Positions 26,270 to 39,514 of a stretch of DNA of 64,000 bases are shown piece after piece. A model generated the notes under the pieces. It was not told the DNA's origin. It saw only the letters and a list, made by a program, of their open reading frames with translations, and ran no database searches. This DNA is from Octopus vulgaris (taxonomy: Eukaryota): the NCBI GenBank assembly GCA_951406725.2, contig OX597816.1:101308001-101372000 (forward strand). The letters are read 5' to 3'. How positions within the stretch are numbered: position 1 is the first letter of the stretch; each line of letters begins with the position of its first letter. The translations under genes were made by a program, and so were the position numbers.

Positions 26270-26450
26270 AGAGCAAATGGACGGCGGACGAAGAAAAATC
26301 TTTCATGATGAGTTTAATGTTCGTGCTCCGCTGATAGACATATTCTGAGATTTTGTGATTGAGTTTTTAGATGGTGTTCATGCAGAAACGTGTAAAATCA
26401 TTAAAAAATTGTTGAATCTGAAATATAATGAGTATAGAAAAAGATGACTT
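26270..26450 (+). pseudogene. Possible MULE transposase C-terminal remnant
   Basis: RRT..SFHDEFN...IF..VIEFLDGVHAETCKII resembles RTNN..ESFH..FN...HPNIF..IE.L...Q.ET..KI. Very decayed. Confidence 0.35.
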
Positions 26451-27164
26451 GTGACAAGAAAGAAAAAAAAAGCAGAGAGAAAGACGCAAAAATTCCAAAG
26501 AAGCGGTAACTTCCGTGATTTTGAACTGTATGTAAATTGCTCTTACGATTCACGTACAATAAATGAACAACACTTACAATAAATGCCTTAAAGATTATAA
26601 AATATAAACATATATTTTTATGATCAACAAAATAAATATATTAAATATAATTATCTTGAAAGATCAAATTTATGTAACATTCATTAATTGAGGTTTTAAA
26701 ATTACTATCATATATCAATGTTTTTGTTTATCTGTAAAGTAACTTTGAAGCTGTTTATTTTCAGAGCTGTACCAAAGAGATCACTAATAATGTCAATGTG
26801 TCTGTATTCTATAAACTGCTATTGCTGAACATTAAACTGTCATTACTCACTAAGCGTATGGTATACGTGATGTTTATCTGTCAGAAATATTCGAGTCAAA
26901 AATATAGTACAGCAGATTCATGCGAAACCGGCAATACGAGTACAGAAGCGAAATTTTATCGTTGATATTATTTCCTTGACACACATTACGCATAAATACT
27001 TGTATTTCTGGGAATTCAAAATTGTGCTTTCGTGATATCACACTCATAACATATATACTGAAATCGTATATCTTACTGGTCACTTAGATCAATTGGCCTT
27101 CTGGTTAGTGTTTAATATAATTATACCAGGCTGCTGGAAAAAAACGTGTGGTGATATGCTAATA

Positions 27165-27215
<51 letters not shown>

Positions 27216-27398
27216 CGTCGTCGTTGTTGTTGTTGTTGTTATTCAGTAGTCTTAATTTTATCACGTGCTTTCACTGCACTACAGAGTGCAGCTCTGAATA
27301 CCTTAGGTATGTGCTGTGGATTGTTGTGGTGCTCTTATTTTCACTGTATTGAAAGTGTTTTACGTAGGATGTGCGCGGTGCCTAGCAACGCTATATTC

Positions 27399-27435
<37 letters not shown>

Positions 27436-27489
27436 GCTGTTGTTGTTGTTGTTATTGTTATTATTATCATTATTATTATTATTATTATT

Positions 27490-28045
27490 GAGTGAGAGAG
27501 CAGTGCATGTCATCAAAGTGACACTGGGGTGAAATATACGAAGCCCAGTATACCCATCGTGACGACTCGCCTCATAAGGGTACACTAGGCACATGCATTA
27601 CAACCATATGTGCGCGACATGGTGATCTCATGTCAGGATAAACAGCGCATGACCTTGCAGGTGGGGGTCCAGTTAGAATTTCCTTCTGGTCGAGTAACCC
27701 ATCCTGCTCAAAAGGTTCCTGAATAAGGGTTATTTAAGGATGTTGAACGAAACACCCATGTTTCCAGAGGTGAATTATCTAAACTCCAAAGAATCCCTCT
27801 CAACACATGGCTAGGATGCTCTCCCACTACTTCTGCTTGTGATCAGAGATACACATATCGTCAGCCACTAAGGGACATGGTCAACTGGTTATGGTCAAAC
27901 TACTGACAAGCAAATCTGTGGTATTGAGCAGAATATTTGATGTAGCCCATCTATTATACCAAGATAAAACAATGTATACTACATGACTTCCAATCAGTTA
28001 AGATCAGAAGCCACGAGGGCTACTGCCTGGTACTGCATCAGGGCA
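27490..28045. mobile_element. ~555-bp non-coding interspersed element inserted in (ATT)n, copy A
   Basis: Near-identical to 28084-28555 and 50763-51312. Both ends abut (ATT)n. Confidence 0.88.
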
Positions 28046-28083
28046 TTATCATTATTATTATCATTATTATTATTATTATTATT

Positions 28084-28555
28084 GAGTGAGAGAGCAGAGC
28101 ATGCCAAGTGACACTGGGGTAAAATATACGAAGCCCAGTATACCCATCATGACTACCCGTCTGATAAGGGTGCACCAGGCACATGCATCACAACCATATG
28201 TGCGCGACATGCTGATCTCATATCAAGATAAACAGCACATGACCTTGCAGGTGGAGCCCAGTTAGAATTTTCTTCAGATCGAGTAACCCATCCCGTTCAA
28301 AAGGTCCCTGAATAAGGGTTGTTTAAAGATGTTGAACGAAACACCCATGTTTCCAGAGGTGAATTATTCAAACACCAAAGAATCCTTCTCAACACATGGC
28401 TATGATGCTCCCCCACTACTTCTGCTCGTGATCAGAGATGCACATATCGTCAGCCACTAAGGGACATGCTCAACTGGTTAAGGTCAAACAACTGACAAGC
28501 AAATCTGTGGTATTGAGCAGAATATTTACTGTAGCCCATCTTTTATACCAAGACA
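28084..28555. mobile_element. ~555-bp (ATT)n-inserted element, copy B (truncated)
   Basis: Tandem to copy A and separated from it by (ATT)n. Confidence 0.88.
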
Positions 28556-28568
28556 TAATTATTATTAA

Positions 28569-28659
<91 letters not shown>

Positions 28660-28660
28660 T

Positions 28661-31600
28661 ATGGGTTTTTCTTCTTTCAAATTTGCTTCCATTTCTTGCC
28701 GAGTGTCTTCCCGACCCCTAGGGCAAAGAAACTCATAGTATACATTGGTAGGCCATTAAACTAAACTCACTAGTTCGTTCATTTTTTTTTTTTTGATAGA
28801 AATAAAGTTAAATTAAAATACATGGGTAGTAATAGTTCTCACATCGACAATGCTCTTCTCAATACGTGTGATGTACCAGTTAAGACAATCTTTTGCACTT
28901 CTTGCAGGGATGGTAAGCCAGGGATCATTCTCATATGATTTTCGGTTCCCTTCTTGATCATTCCTAGTGCTCCTACGATTACTGGTATTGTAACCGCCTT
29001 GAGATGCCACATTTTCTCAATTTCAATGAGCAGGTCTTTATATTTTCTGAGCTTGTCAAATTCTTTCGCCGAGATATTATGATCACAGGGGATGCTCATG
29101 TCGATCAATAAGCAAACTTTATTGTTTTGGTCTTTCACAACAATATCCGGTTTATTGGTTTTGATGGTTCGGTCTGTATGTACTGGAAAGTCCCACGGCA
29201 TTTTGGGTCTGCTCCATTTTTCACCACATTGGCCTGGTAGTTCCGGGTTAATAGGCTTTGATCTTGAGCAGCCAGGATGAAACCTTTGCTCTCTGCTTTT
29301 AGCCCTGAGCTCCGTAGCCACTGATGGGTTTGCTTCTGGTCAACATCAGCTTGTTTGCTAGATATTTGCCGTGCAGAGGTTTCTCCTCCCACCTATCAGC
29401 CAATTGCTCGTGCGCTTTTTTCGTTGCCATTATTTTCACCTTTGCAACAATAGTTGCCGTACTTCCCTCGGGTTGTTCAGTTTGGGTATCCTGCACGAGA
29501 TCAATAGCAAATTTTTTGCTTTCCTTTATGATAGAATGAAGCTTCTTTCGTCTCTCGTGATTTTCCACGAGCTTTAGCATCCAGTCATTCGTTATTTCAA
29601 GATATTTGGCCAGTCCAATTGTGGTTGTTTTGTAAGCTAGTTCAAATTGGATCAGGCCTCGACCTCCTTGGGCTCTGGGAAGGTAAAGGCGATCTACGTC
29701 TGCCTTTGGGTGGTGCATCCTATTACAACTCAGCAGCTAGCGTATTTTCCTATCTATTTTCTTTACTTCACTCATATTCCAGTTCAACACATTGTAGCTA
29801 TAAGTAACAACTGGAACTGCTAAGGAATTTATAGCTAACACCTTGTTACGTGCATTTAGTTCAGATTTCAGGACTGCTCGAACTCCTATAACATTCCTTC
29901 CTGATCTCTTTCATGCTTGCATGCTGAATACCAGAGCCTTCATTTATCCCTAAATATTTGTAGGTTTGTTCTTGCTCAAGCTCTCTTATGACTGTGTCAA
30001 AATCTAACACGACTGAATTTGTGGTCTTCACTTTCCCTTTCTGGAATGTGGCCTTGGCACACTTCTCAAGCCCAAACTCCATCCCGATGTCATCATTGAA
30101 TGCTTTCACAGTGCGCAATAGGCCTTCAAGTTCATTATTGTCTTTACCATAGAGTTTTAAGTCATCCATATAAAATAGATGGCTTATTTTTTTGTTGACA
30201 ATTTTATACCCTTACCCTGTTCTGTTTAATTTACTTGTAAGGGGTATTAGGGCTATGCAGAATATTAGAGGTGAAAGTGAGTCACCTTGAAAAATGCCAC
30301 AGTTGATGTTTATATTCTCTGAGGCAAGTACTCCATTAGAGTGGTATAATTGGAGATTCGTACTCCACAACGACATATTATGCTTCAGGAAGCTTGAAAT
30401 CACAGGGGACATTTTGAAGATGTCCAGCGATTTCAAGATCCATGAATGCGGTATACTGTCGAAGGCCTTTTTATAGTCAATCCATTCGGAGCTGAGATTT
30501 CTGCGCTTGTTGTGACAGTTCTCAAGGATCATACAATTAATTAGCAGTTGATCTTTGCATCCGTATGAACCTCGGCGGCACCCTTTTTGTTCAATGGGAA
30601 AAATATCGTTCTTCTCCATGAATGCATATGTTTTCTCTGCCAGGATAGATGTTAGGATTTTATACGTGGTGGATAGACAGTTTATAGGCCGATAGTTTTT
30701 TGGAAGTTTGGTTTCGTTATTCTTTGAGAGCAGGTAAGTAATACCACTTGCTAACCATTCAGGTGTTTTCTTTGGGTCTCTCATAATTCCATTGAGCAGC
30801 TGAACTAGCTTACCGTGTGCGCATGGGAGCGATGAGAGCCAGAAATTCGGCACCCTATCTTTACCGAGGGATTTCCAATTATGGGCCTTCGTGAGTTCCT
30901 TTCTTATGTCTGCTATTGTGATGTCTTCCCATGTTCGTAGTTGTAAATTTTGGTAGGATCCTTCTGTTTGTATAATCCAGTCTGCATTTATGTTGTACGT
31001 CTTCTCGTCCACTCCAAATCCTTTTCCAAAAGTTTTAAACTTCTTCCGTGGGAGGAGGGTCTTTAACGGTTACTTTCTCCTTCCCTATTTCTCTGTAGAA
31101 TTTTTTGGCATTGGATGTGAACAGCTTATTTTGCTTGTAAAACTTGTTTCTCTTCTCAAATCTTCATATTCTTTGAGCTTTTGCTTGGAATTTTTGTTTC
31201 GGTGTTTCTTTTATTGATATCAGTTCTTCTCTCGGTGAGGATCCAAATTTTCTATTCATCTTTCTTCCTGTTCTGGATCTTACATCATTTCCACATATTA
31301 GTTCATTTAATATTGATATTTCTCCTCTCATAAATTCAATCTCTTTTTCAATTTTACTTCTCCAGGTTTGATTTCTTCCCAGGTTTGGTTTTCTTTGTTT
31401 TTTCGGGGGCATACAGCTGGTTTCAATTGCCCTAGCAGAAGCGTAAATAATTTCATTTAACTCAGTAAAATCAGGTTTTAATTCTCGTATTATTTCATTT
31501 GTTACATAGTTGCCAATTTGGATTTGTTTTTTATTTTGGTTTGTATTTGAGAGTTTATGAAGTGGTTCTCTATCATTCATACTTGTATGTCTTACAACTT

Positions 31601-32452
31601 CAAGCGTATTCAGGATTTTCTGCCTCATTTCTGTCATAGACTCTCTGTGTTTTTCAGCAAATGCGAGATCTTCAGTTACTGTTGTTTTATCATTTTCCTG
31701 GCTATCTTTAACAGGTTCAATAGAATTTCTTGTATCTTCAGGCCTTTGCGTGCTTTGGTCAGATGGCAGTCTTTCAATTAAGACTCGTGGCGGGCTATTC
31801 TGTTCATCTGATTCTTCATTTCCTTTGTGTCTTATATTTATGTTATTTTCCGTTGCGTGCTTGATCGTGCTTATTTCACTCTCTGTGAGTCTGTTATTTC
31901 TAAGGATATCCCTCCTCACATTTGCCAATTTATTCTCGTCCAAATAGGGTCTACTGTCTTGATTCCGTGTTCTCTATATACTGTAAGAGTTTGCGGTGTG
32001 TCTCTCTTGAGATGGCCTACTTAATGCATAGTAATAAGCGTATATTAGTTCTTTATACTCTTCTCGGGTCCATTTGTTCCGCTTACATTTTTCTTTCTGT
32101 GGTGGTTGTGGTGGTGAACTTGGAGGGCTCGAGTTGGGGAATTTCCCGTTCAAGTGACCATCTATGTCCGTATTCGGAGAAGAGTTTGTGCCAGTTGATG
32201 ACTTTTCGATCCCAGGCTGGCTCTTCCCTGGGGGACGCGCTTCCAGATTAACCATAGGACAAGCGATTTGGTATACTGATTTAGTTTTCCTTTTAGTTTC
32301 CAAAAACATTTTGGTGCTACGATAATGTTATCATTTTTTAGCTCTGAGTGGCTCGCGGGGAGACGGCCATCATTGCCGTTACAATTATAATCGTACCATT
32401 ATAGCAGCCGTAGCCGGCCTCTGGTCACTCCTTGTAGTCATGGCAACAGTGT
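28661..32452 (-). mobile_element. Near full-length R4/Dong non-LTR retrotransposon (RT + restriction-like endonuclease), frameshifted
   Basis: NYRPINCLSTTYK, EQKGCRRGSYGCKDQL, WIDYKKAFDSIPH, GIFQGDSLSPLIFC, HLFYMDDLKLY, RLYLPRAQGGRGL, AAQDQSL, KPDIVV...LIDMSIP...KYKDL. 3' end joins (TAA)n. Confidence 0.93.
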
Positions 32453-32699
32453 ATTATTATTATTTAGAGGAAGGAGAAGGCAACAGTGTTTATTATTATT
32501 ATTTAGAGGAAGGAGAGGGCAGGTTGGCAGTGGATAGGCAGGATGGCAGTCATACAGTTAGATATCGTTAGTCTATAAATAGACTCAATAGGAGTAGGCG
32601 AGAGGTGAAAGAGTGATTGTACCCATGTGGTCCAGCATAGGAGCGGTCAGCAGAGGTCAAATATGTGTTTACTACCAACTCACCTTGTGCGTTTTAATT

Positions 32700-33620
32700 A
32701 CGATAGAAAGACAGAAATAAAATACACACACTCACATATATATAATTTCTATATATATAAATTGCTTAAATTAGTTATCCGGCGGCGTTTAAGAGTGTTC
32801 TTGTAGAAATTTCTGGGGTTTTTTCATATTTGGCTATTCACAGTACAATGTATATATTAAAGATGATCGTTTGTACGTGTTTAGGAATTTAAATCTTTTT
32901 TCTATAGATATTAAAGTTTTTAAAGATGATCATTTGTGTGTTCGTCCAGAGAAAACTGAACATAATCAAGTTTTTAAGCCTGTAAATTGTTTAAGTAAAG
33001 ATAGCCATAGGCGTTTAAGAGTGTTCTTGCAAAGTAATTTTTTTACATATTTGGCTATTCACAGTACAGCGTAGATATTTAAAGTTCTTAAAGATGATCA
33101 TTTGTGTGTTCACGGAAAGTTTTACTTTTCACATAATATTGTAGATATTAATGTTTTTAAAGATGATCGTTTGTGTGTCCGTCCAGAAAATACTGTAGAT
33201 AGTCAAGTTTTTAAAGTTATTTAGAATGAGATTTTAAATACTCATTTAGAATGAGATTTTAAATACTCACAGAGGATTATATATACTTCAGTTTTCAAAA
33301 AATGTTTTTGGGTTGTAATAGGATGTCTGTGTATATATATATATAATTTCTATATATATAAATTGCTTAAGTTGGATAACCGAAGGCGTCTAAGAGTGTT
33401 CTTGCAGAGAAAAAAGGGATGCTTACATATTTGGCTAGTCAGAGAGAAAAGAAGAGTTTTGGGTATTCATAGGAAATTGTAGATATTAGAGTTTTTAAAG
33501 ATGATTGTTTGTGTGTTCTTCCAGAGAAAATTGTAAATAATCAAGTTTTTAAAGCTAATTAGAATGAGATTTTAGGTACTCACGGAAAATTTTAGATATT
33601 CCAGTTTTTAAGAGTTGTTT
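32700..33620. repeat. AT-rich degenerate tandem repeat
   Basis: 'aaagatgat..tttgt' recurs at ~32858, 32922, 33090, 33158 and 33497. 'tataatttctatatatataaattgcttaa' occurs at ~32741 and ~33342. Confidence 0.75.
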
Positions 33621-33711
33621 TTCAGTTGTAGTAGTATTCCTGTGTCTTCAGCTGCTGACTTATCAGAGCAGCGAAAGACACGTCCAGCTGCTACCAGGGC
33701 AGGCTGTATTA

Positions 33712-33784
<73 letters not shown>

Positions 33785-33806
33785 GTCATCATTATTATTA
33801 TCTCTT

Positions 33807-34943
33807 TGTCACAGGTTTTGTTGGACCTCCTGGAGTCTTGCATGCGTAGTGGGTTTACTACCTGCAGCCTACGGTACCATGCTATTCGTTCTTTTCAGCT
33901 ATCTAATACTTTCCTGATTATTCTGGCCGTGCCTAGGAGGCAAACATTTTGTAACAGTTCTACTAGGCACTCTATTCCAGTTTTCTTTATATTCGTCTTG
34001 ATGCCTTCTGATACTGTTCCCAAGGACCCAACAATACTTGTCACTGTCTTCACCTTCTTCATTTTCCATAGCCGGGCTATTTCGCACTTAAGAGGGTTGT
34101 ATCTATTGTTTCGTCTTCCTTCTTGACTATTCGTGGGTCAAAGGGGAATGCACCATCAACTATATAGCATGTGGTGCGCCTTGTTCACCATTACTAGGTC
34201 CGGTCTGTTATGCTCTAGCACCTGATCTGTTTGGATTGAGAAATCCTAGAGGATTTTGCTAGTCTCTGACTCTGCTACTCTCTGCGGTTTGTGCTCATAC
34301 GAAATCTTGCCTCTCTCTAGCCCTCACTTTTCACACCGTTTCCAATGTAACACTTTCGCTACCTCGTCGTGTCACCACAACTTGTAGTGGTTTGGGGCAA
34401 ATGTAGGGCATTCGTTCGTGATATGGGCAATGGTTTCATACACTCTGTTGCAGATGTGACACAGCAGAGAAACTTGCTCATTCCTAAGGTTCACCCTCCA
34501 GTTCATGCCAGTATACTGCTCTCGGTCTCTTGTTTTAGTATTCCTTTCTTCAGACAATCCAACCTATATTTTCCAGCAACTTCTGTTGTAGCTACATGAA
34601 ATTGATTGTGTAGTCCCTTCTTGCGTAATTCTTCTTCATGCCTTTTTTGTACTTTTTCCTTCGTGTTCCTGTTTTCTCTGCTCTCAATACTTCCTCGTTC
34701 CTCACTGTCACTAGCTAGGTATCCCATTATTCTCTCGACTTCAATGCGCAGGCGGTCTTTCACATTTATCAGTTCCCTTCCTCCATTTGCCCTCTTTATG
34801 TATAGACGATCTTGTCTGCACGTGAATGATGGGCTCCATGCATCGTTAGGAGCTTTCTTGACTTCCTATCGATCTGCTTTAGCTCCTCCTCTGTCCACTT
34901 CAGGATTCCAGCACCATACCGAACAACTGCGACAGCGCGCGAC

Positions 34944-34945
<2 letters not shown>
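33807..34945 (-). mobile_element. 5'-truncated R4/Dong LINE (RT end + RLE), decayed
   Basis: RLYIKRANGGRELI, LKQETESSILA, CHICNRVYETIAHITNEC, RHDEVAKVLHW, HNRPDLV. Flanked by (TAA)n on both sides. Confidence 0.85.
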
Positions 34946-34990
<45 letters not shown>

Positions 34991-35009
34991 ATTATTATTA
35001 TTATTATTA

Positions 35010-35064
<55 letters not shown>

Positions 35065-35338
35065 TTATGTTTGACTTTAGCTTTACATTTGTACAAGTTG
35101 GCTCCAAGTCTCACCCAGAGACATCAAGAGAAGTTCATGTTGGTGTTATACCTAGGGTGCCATACATTTGGTTTTGTACATATTGTTGTTCTAGAGAATG
35201 TTTAAGAAACCATAAGAAAATTATGTGTTTGTTTTAAAACTTGAGATTACATAGAAAGTATTTTACATAGAAAGTATTTTGCGTAGGATGACTTGAGATT
35301 ACATAGAAAGTATTTTGCGTAGGATTTATTATTATTAC

Positions 35339-35419
<81 letters not shown>

Positions 35420-35423
35420 CACT

Positions 35424-35640
35424 AAGGCAGCAAGCTGATATAATAGTTAGCACACCAGGTGAAATGCTTAGCGGTATTTTCTTTGGCTTTGCATTGTGAG
35501 TTCAAATTCCGCCAAGGTCGACTTTACCTTCCATTCTTTCGGGGTCGATAAATTAAGTACCAGTCAAATACCGAGGTTGATGTAATCGACTTTCTCCTCC
35601 CCCGAAATTCCAGGCCTTATGCCTACAGTAGAAGGGTTTA
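35424..35640 (+). mobile_element. SINE family A
   Basis: aaggcagcaagctg...gagttcaaattccgccaaggtcgactttaccttccattctttcggggtcgataaattaagtaccag. Confidence 0.8.
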
Positions 35641-35644
35641 TTAT

Positions 35645-36560
35645 TTTCATATACACTCATCAACAGATTAGATTGTTGGAAAAGAAAATATCCTAACATC
35701 GGGCTACGACAGGTAACTTTAGATGTCAAGAACCCTCCTATCGGGCTACAACAAGTAAGCTTAGATGTCAAAAACCCTCTTAAGTATCCTAGCTGTCACT
35801 AATAACACTGTTTTCTGGAGCTGTACTAAACTGGGTTTTATGCCTATTTCCTCTATCTTTAGGGATACTTCCCAATGCACCTATAACTACTGGGGTACAT
35901 TTTACCCGCACTTTCCATAGTCTCCGTAATTCAATAGCTAGTCTTGGTACTTTGCTGTCTTTTCTATACTTTTATTAATATTTTCATTATTTGAAGCTGT
36001 AAAGTCAATTATTTGGCACTTTATATTCTCTTTATCTACTACTACTAAATAAGGCCTTCTAGCTTCTATTACTCTGTCAGTTTGAATGTCAAAGTCCCAC
36101 AACATCTTATATTTCTTAATTTCTAGTATTTAGCTAGGTTCATGTTCATACAATATATCTGTATTTTCAAATCCTATCATTCTACATAGCTCCCTGTGGA
36201 CTACTCTCCCTAGACTGTTATGTCTTTTCTTGTATTCTTTCTGTGCCAGCATGCTACATTCATTTACTATATGAGTAACACTTTCTTCTTTTGATTTGCA
36301 TGATCTACATTGGGAATCTGTTTGGTTTTTGTCTATCTTAGCTGTTATGCAATTAGTCCTTGATGCTTGATTTTGTGCAGCTACTATCGAATTTTTTGTC
36401 TCCCTCTTCAGCGTTCCTCTCTGCAACCATAACCATGTCTCTACTATTTACTGCAACTATCTTCAGGAATCTACTGCCTGGTCTATCTTTTTCAGTTCTC
36501 TTCTACCTTCAACTCTGTCATCCACTTTCTTCTCCTAATAGCATTAGCTTGATCAACTAA
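35645..36560 (-). mobile_element. 5'-truncated R4/Dong LINE (CCHC + RLE), decayed
   Basis: LKRETKNSIVAAQNQA...CRSCKSKEESVTHIVNEC..LAQKEYKKRHN...YEHEP, MLWDFDIQTDRVIEA, ELRRLWK...PVVIGALG. Confidence 0.88.
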
Positions 36561-37223
36561 TCTCTTCTCAGTCACTTTAAACACACCCTACTCTACCCAA
36601 AGTGTTAATATCCGTTTCCAATGGCCTCTTCTTATAGGTTCACTTCCTAAGAAACACTGCATCACTATCCTGTTTTCTTCGCTAGTCCACTTCCTCCTCC
36701 TTACTCTATTATCTGCTGATGCTGTATTAGGATAACAGATGTGGTAAGACTGCATATTTACTGGACGAATGCCGAACGAGAGGCCTTCTCTTAATGGTCA
36801 AGCTTTATTTTCGCTGTTACAACCAGTTTTCTTCGGAAACACCTGTCTCTCATAATCTGAGGTAAGGTAAAGTTCGTCACCATCGTCTTCACCACAATTA
36901 TTTTTCGACATCTGAAAGTGTCAAGCAACTTTCTATTGCATCGTTTGTTGCACCTTTGTGCTGGTGGGGTGGTGCGTACTGCACTGTTTTGGGGGGGCGG
37001 GGGGCTATTGTATTGTATCAGTAAGTTTTGTTAAGGGGTTTGGTTTGAGTCTTCTGTTGTACTAGTTTTTGCATTGTTTGTTGTTTGTGCGGCGCAGGTT
37101 GTGTTCTGTCGAGTGTCGACCTTCTGTGGCACATGTTGGCTTTGTTCATTCTGTTGTGTATTTACGGCATGAGTTTACCTAGTACTGCATCAGGGTATTT
37201 ATTATCATTATAATTATCATTAA

Positions 37224-37279
<56 letters not shown>

Positions 37280-38650
37280 GAAAACTGTCAGCTTATTTTG
37301 CTGGGAATGATGGAAAGTGTCAGCTTCCCACAGCCAGTAGACTACGGTGTCACTTGTTTATTGGTCATGCTTCACGAACTCTGCGAAGAATTCTTGCAGT
37401 TCCAAGAAATTATGATTTTTTAGGTGTTCTACCGTCACACTTACACGAATCTTTTGCAGCCATGCTGGTAGTTGAGTGCTGACACTTCCAAGTGCACCAG
37501 TTACTATTGGTATCACGTCTACTCTCTTCATTGACCACAACCTTCGTATTTCCCACTTTAAATCGTCACAGCTGTTTATTTTTTTCTTTCACATTGATCC
37601 TGTTGTCACCGGGGCATGCTATGTCGATTTTCATACATGTTTTTTTTTTCTCTTTTATTCACCACAACAATGTCCGCTTTCCTATGTCAGGTCAGGAGAT
37701 CGCAAAAAATGATTTTACAATTCTCATTTTCGGTAACTCCTTCTGATGACTGTTCATAATACAACATCTTTGATCTTTGTAGGCCGTGATTTCCACAGAG
37801 CTCCCAATGGATCATTCGTGCCACATTGTCATGGCGTTGTTTCTATTTTTGTTATGCCAATTTCGGGCATTCGCTAACGATGTGCCATATCTTTTCTCCC
37901 CTCTCACAACACATTCTGCATTTGACACTCTCGGTAGTGTTGTCATTTCTGCACTTCATCTAATTGGTCCTTAGCGCTTATTCCTGAGCTGCATATATGA
38001 GTGCTTCTGTCTCAATCTCCAGGTCACACCTCCTCGACCACAGCCATCGGTCCTCTGTATCTGTCTTGGCGTTTACATCTCTTGCAAACTGACTGCACAT
38101 TTTTTCCTTCCATGCTTTTTTTTTTTGTTTCTTTATTTCTTGTTTAAATTTTTCTTTAGTTACAGAATTTACAGCTTTGATGACGCCGGCTTTCTTCGTG
38201 TGTTTCAACAGTGACTCCATGGCATATTTATATACCACCCTAGCCTATTTTCCTCTGCTTCGATACAGTCCTGGCAACTAATCAAACTTCTCCCACCCTT
38301 TCTTCTGGACAAGTACAGCCTATCGGTGTCACTCTTAGGGTGGAAGGTATTTTTCTGGTCTTGGCATCCATTTTCTCCATTTCTCGCTTTTGTCATTTTA
38401 TAATTCCCGCTCCATACCAAAGTGTTGGTGTCGCCCACGTATTAAGTGCTTGGATTTTATTCCATCCAGTCAATTTTGAGTGCAACATCAACCTCAGTCT
38501 TCGGAAATACTCCATCCTCCGTTGCTCTTTCATTTCGTTTTCCATTATCTGTTGCACGCTAGTACACCAAGTTATTTGTACCCTTCCATTTCAATTTGCT
38601 TAATCAAGTCTCTATTCGGTAATTCTATCCATACTAGGGACTGTACCTTG
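37280..38650 (-). mobile_element. 5'-truncated R4/Dong LINE, decayed
   Basis: FHPKSDTDRLYLSRRKGGRSL, ETEALIYAAQE, RHDNVARMIHWELC, IENRHSMPR, LWSMKRVDVIPIVTGALGSV. 3' end at (TAA)n. Confidence 0.88.
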
Positions 38651-38699
38651 CCTCCTTTTGGGTGGATTACTCCGCACTTCTTGAGTCTAAATTCCATTC

Positions 38700-39490
38700 T
38701 AATATCAATAATAAGACAGTGAATCCGAATTTTAGTAAATCTTGTACTATTCTATTTCTATCAACCGCTTCACGCTTATTCGTTCATTCCACTCGTCGTT
38801 CTTTCGTTCCCCCTCTCTCACATTTCTTTGCCTTCTCTTCTTACTCACTTTCCCTCCACTTTTCCCTTTACTATGTCCCTGTAATGTTTTTACGCCCCTC
38901 CTTAATTCTTCTGTCCCTCTGCTTCTACAACTCTCTCTCTTCTCTTTCCCCTCAATTATTTTGTTCCGCTGCTTCTATTTTTCTCTCTTCTCTTCCCACG
39001 TGACCGATAGGCCAGACTGCTTGCTGTCGTTTTGGGTCTGACCGTGGTCCGTGCAACATCGATATTCTTCCCAATGTTTGTGAAAATTTTGTATCTCTGC
39101 CCTAAGGCTTCATTTCCACACACACTAGCTGAATTCAATTCGTCCCCAGTCGAAAGACATCCCGTTGTTATGTCCTGTTATTATTATTTTTATTTTTATT
39201 GTATTTATATTTTTGTAACACTGCCAGTTTTTCCGTCCTTGCTTTTGTATGCATTCGATGCTTTCTTCCAAGGAATCTAATGCTCTTAGATTAGTTTTTC
39301 CTTGGAGCTGACCAGATTGGAGCAATCTCAAGATTAATCAGCCGAAATTGCGAGGATGATATGGTTCTTGACTGAGGATAGAAAGCTTCGAATGACCCTT
39401 GTTTTTTGTATCGTGTATCTGAATGTTTTGTTGTCCCTTTTTGTATCATCTATTTGCCTGTTTTTTTTGGCGTTCTTGTCCCATTTTGTA
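38700..39490 (+). mobile_element. Diverged copy of the 12455-13365 repeat family
   Basis: cacgtgaccg, 'cgtccccagtcgaaagacatc', 'ccgaaattgcgagga...ttgactgagga...gaatgaccc' are shared with 12.9-13.3 kb. Confidence 0.6.
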
Positions 39491-39514
39491 TTTTATATAT
39501 ATATATATATAAAT

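Noticed and set aside
32700-33620. CRISPR-like repeat-spacer array
   Set aside because: Repeats are degenerate with irregular, mutually similar spacers. The context is eukaryotic and has no cas genes.
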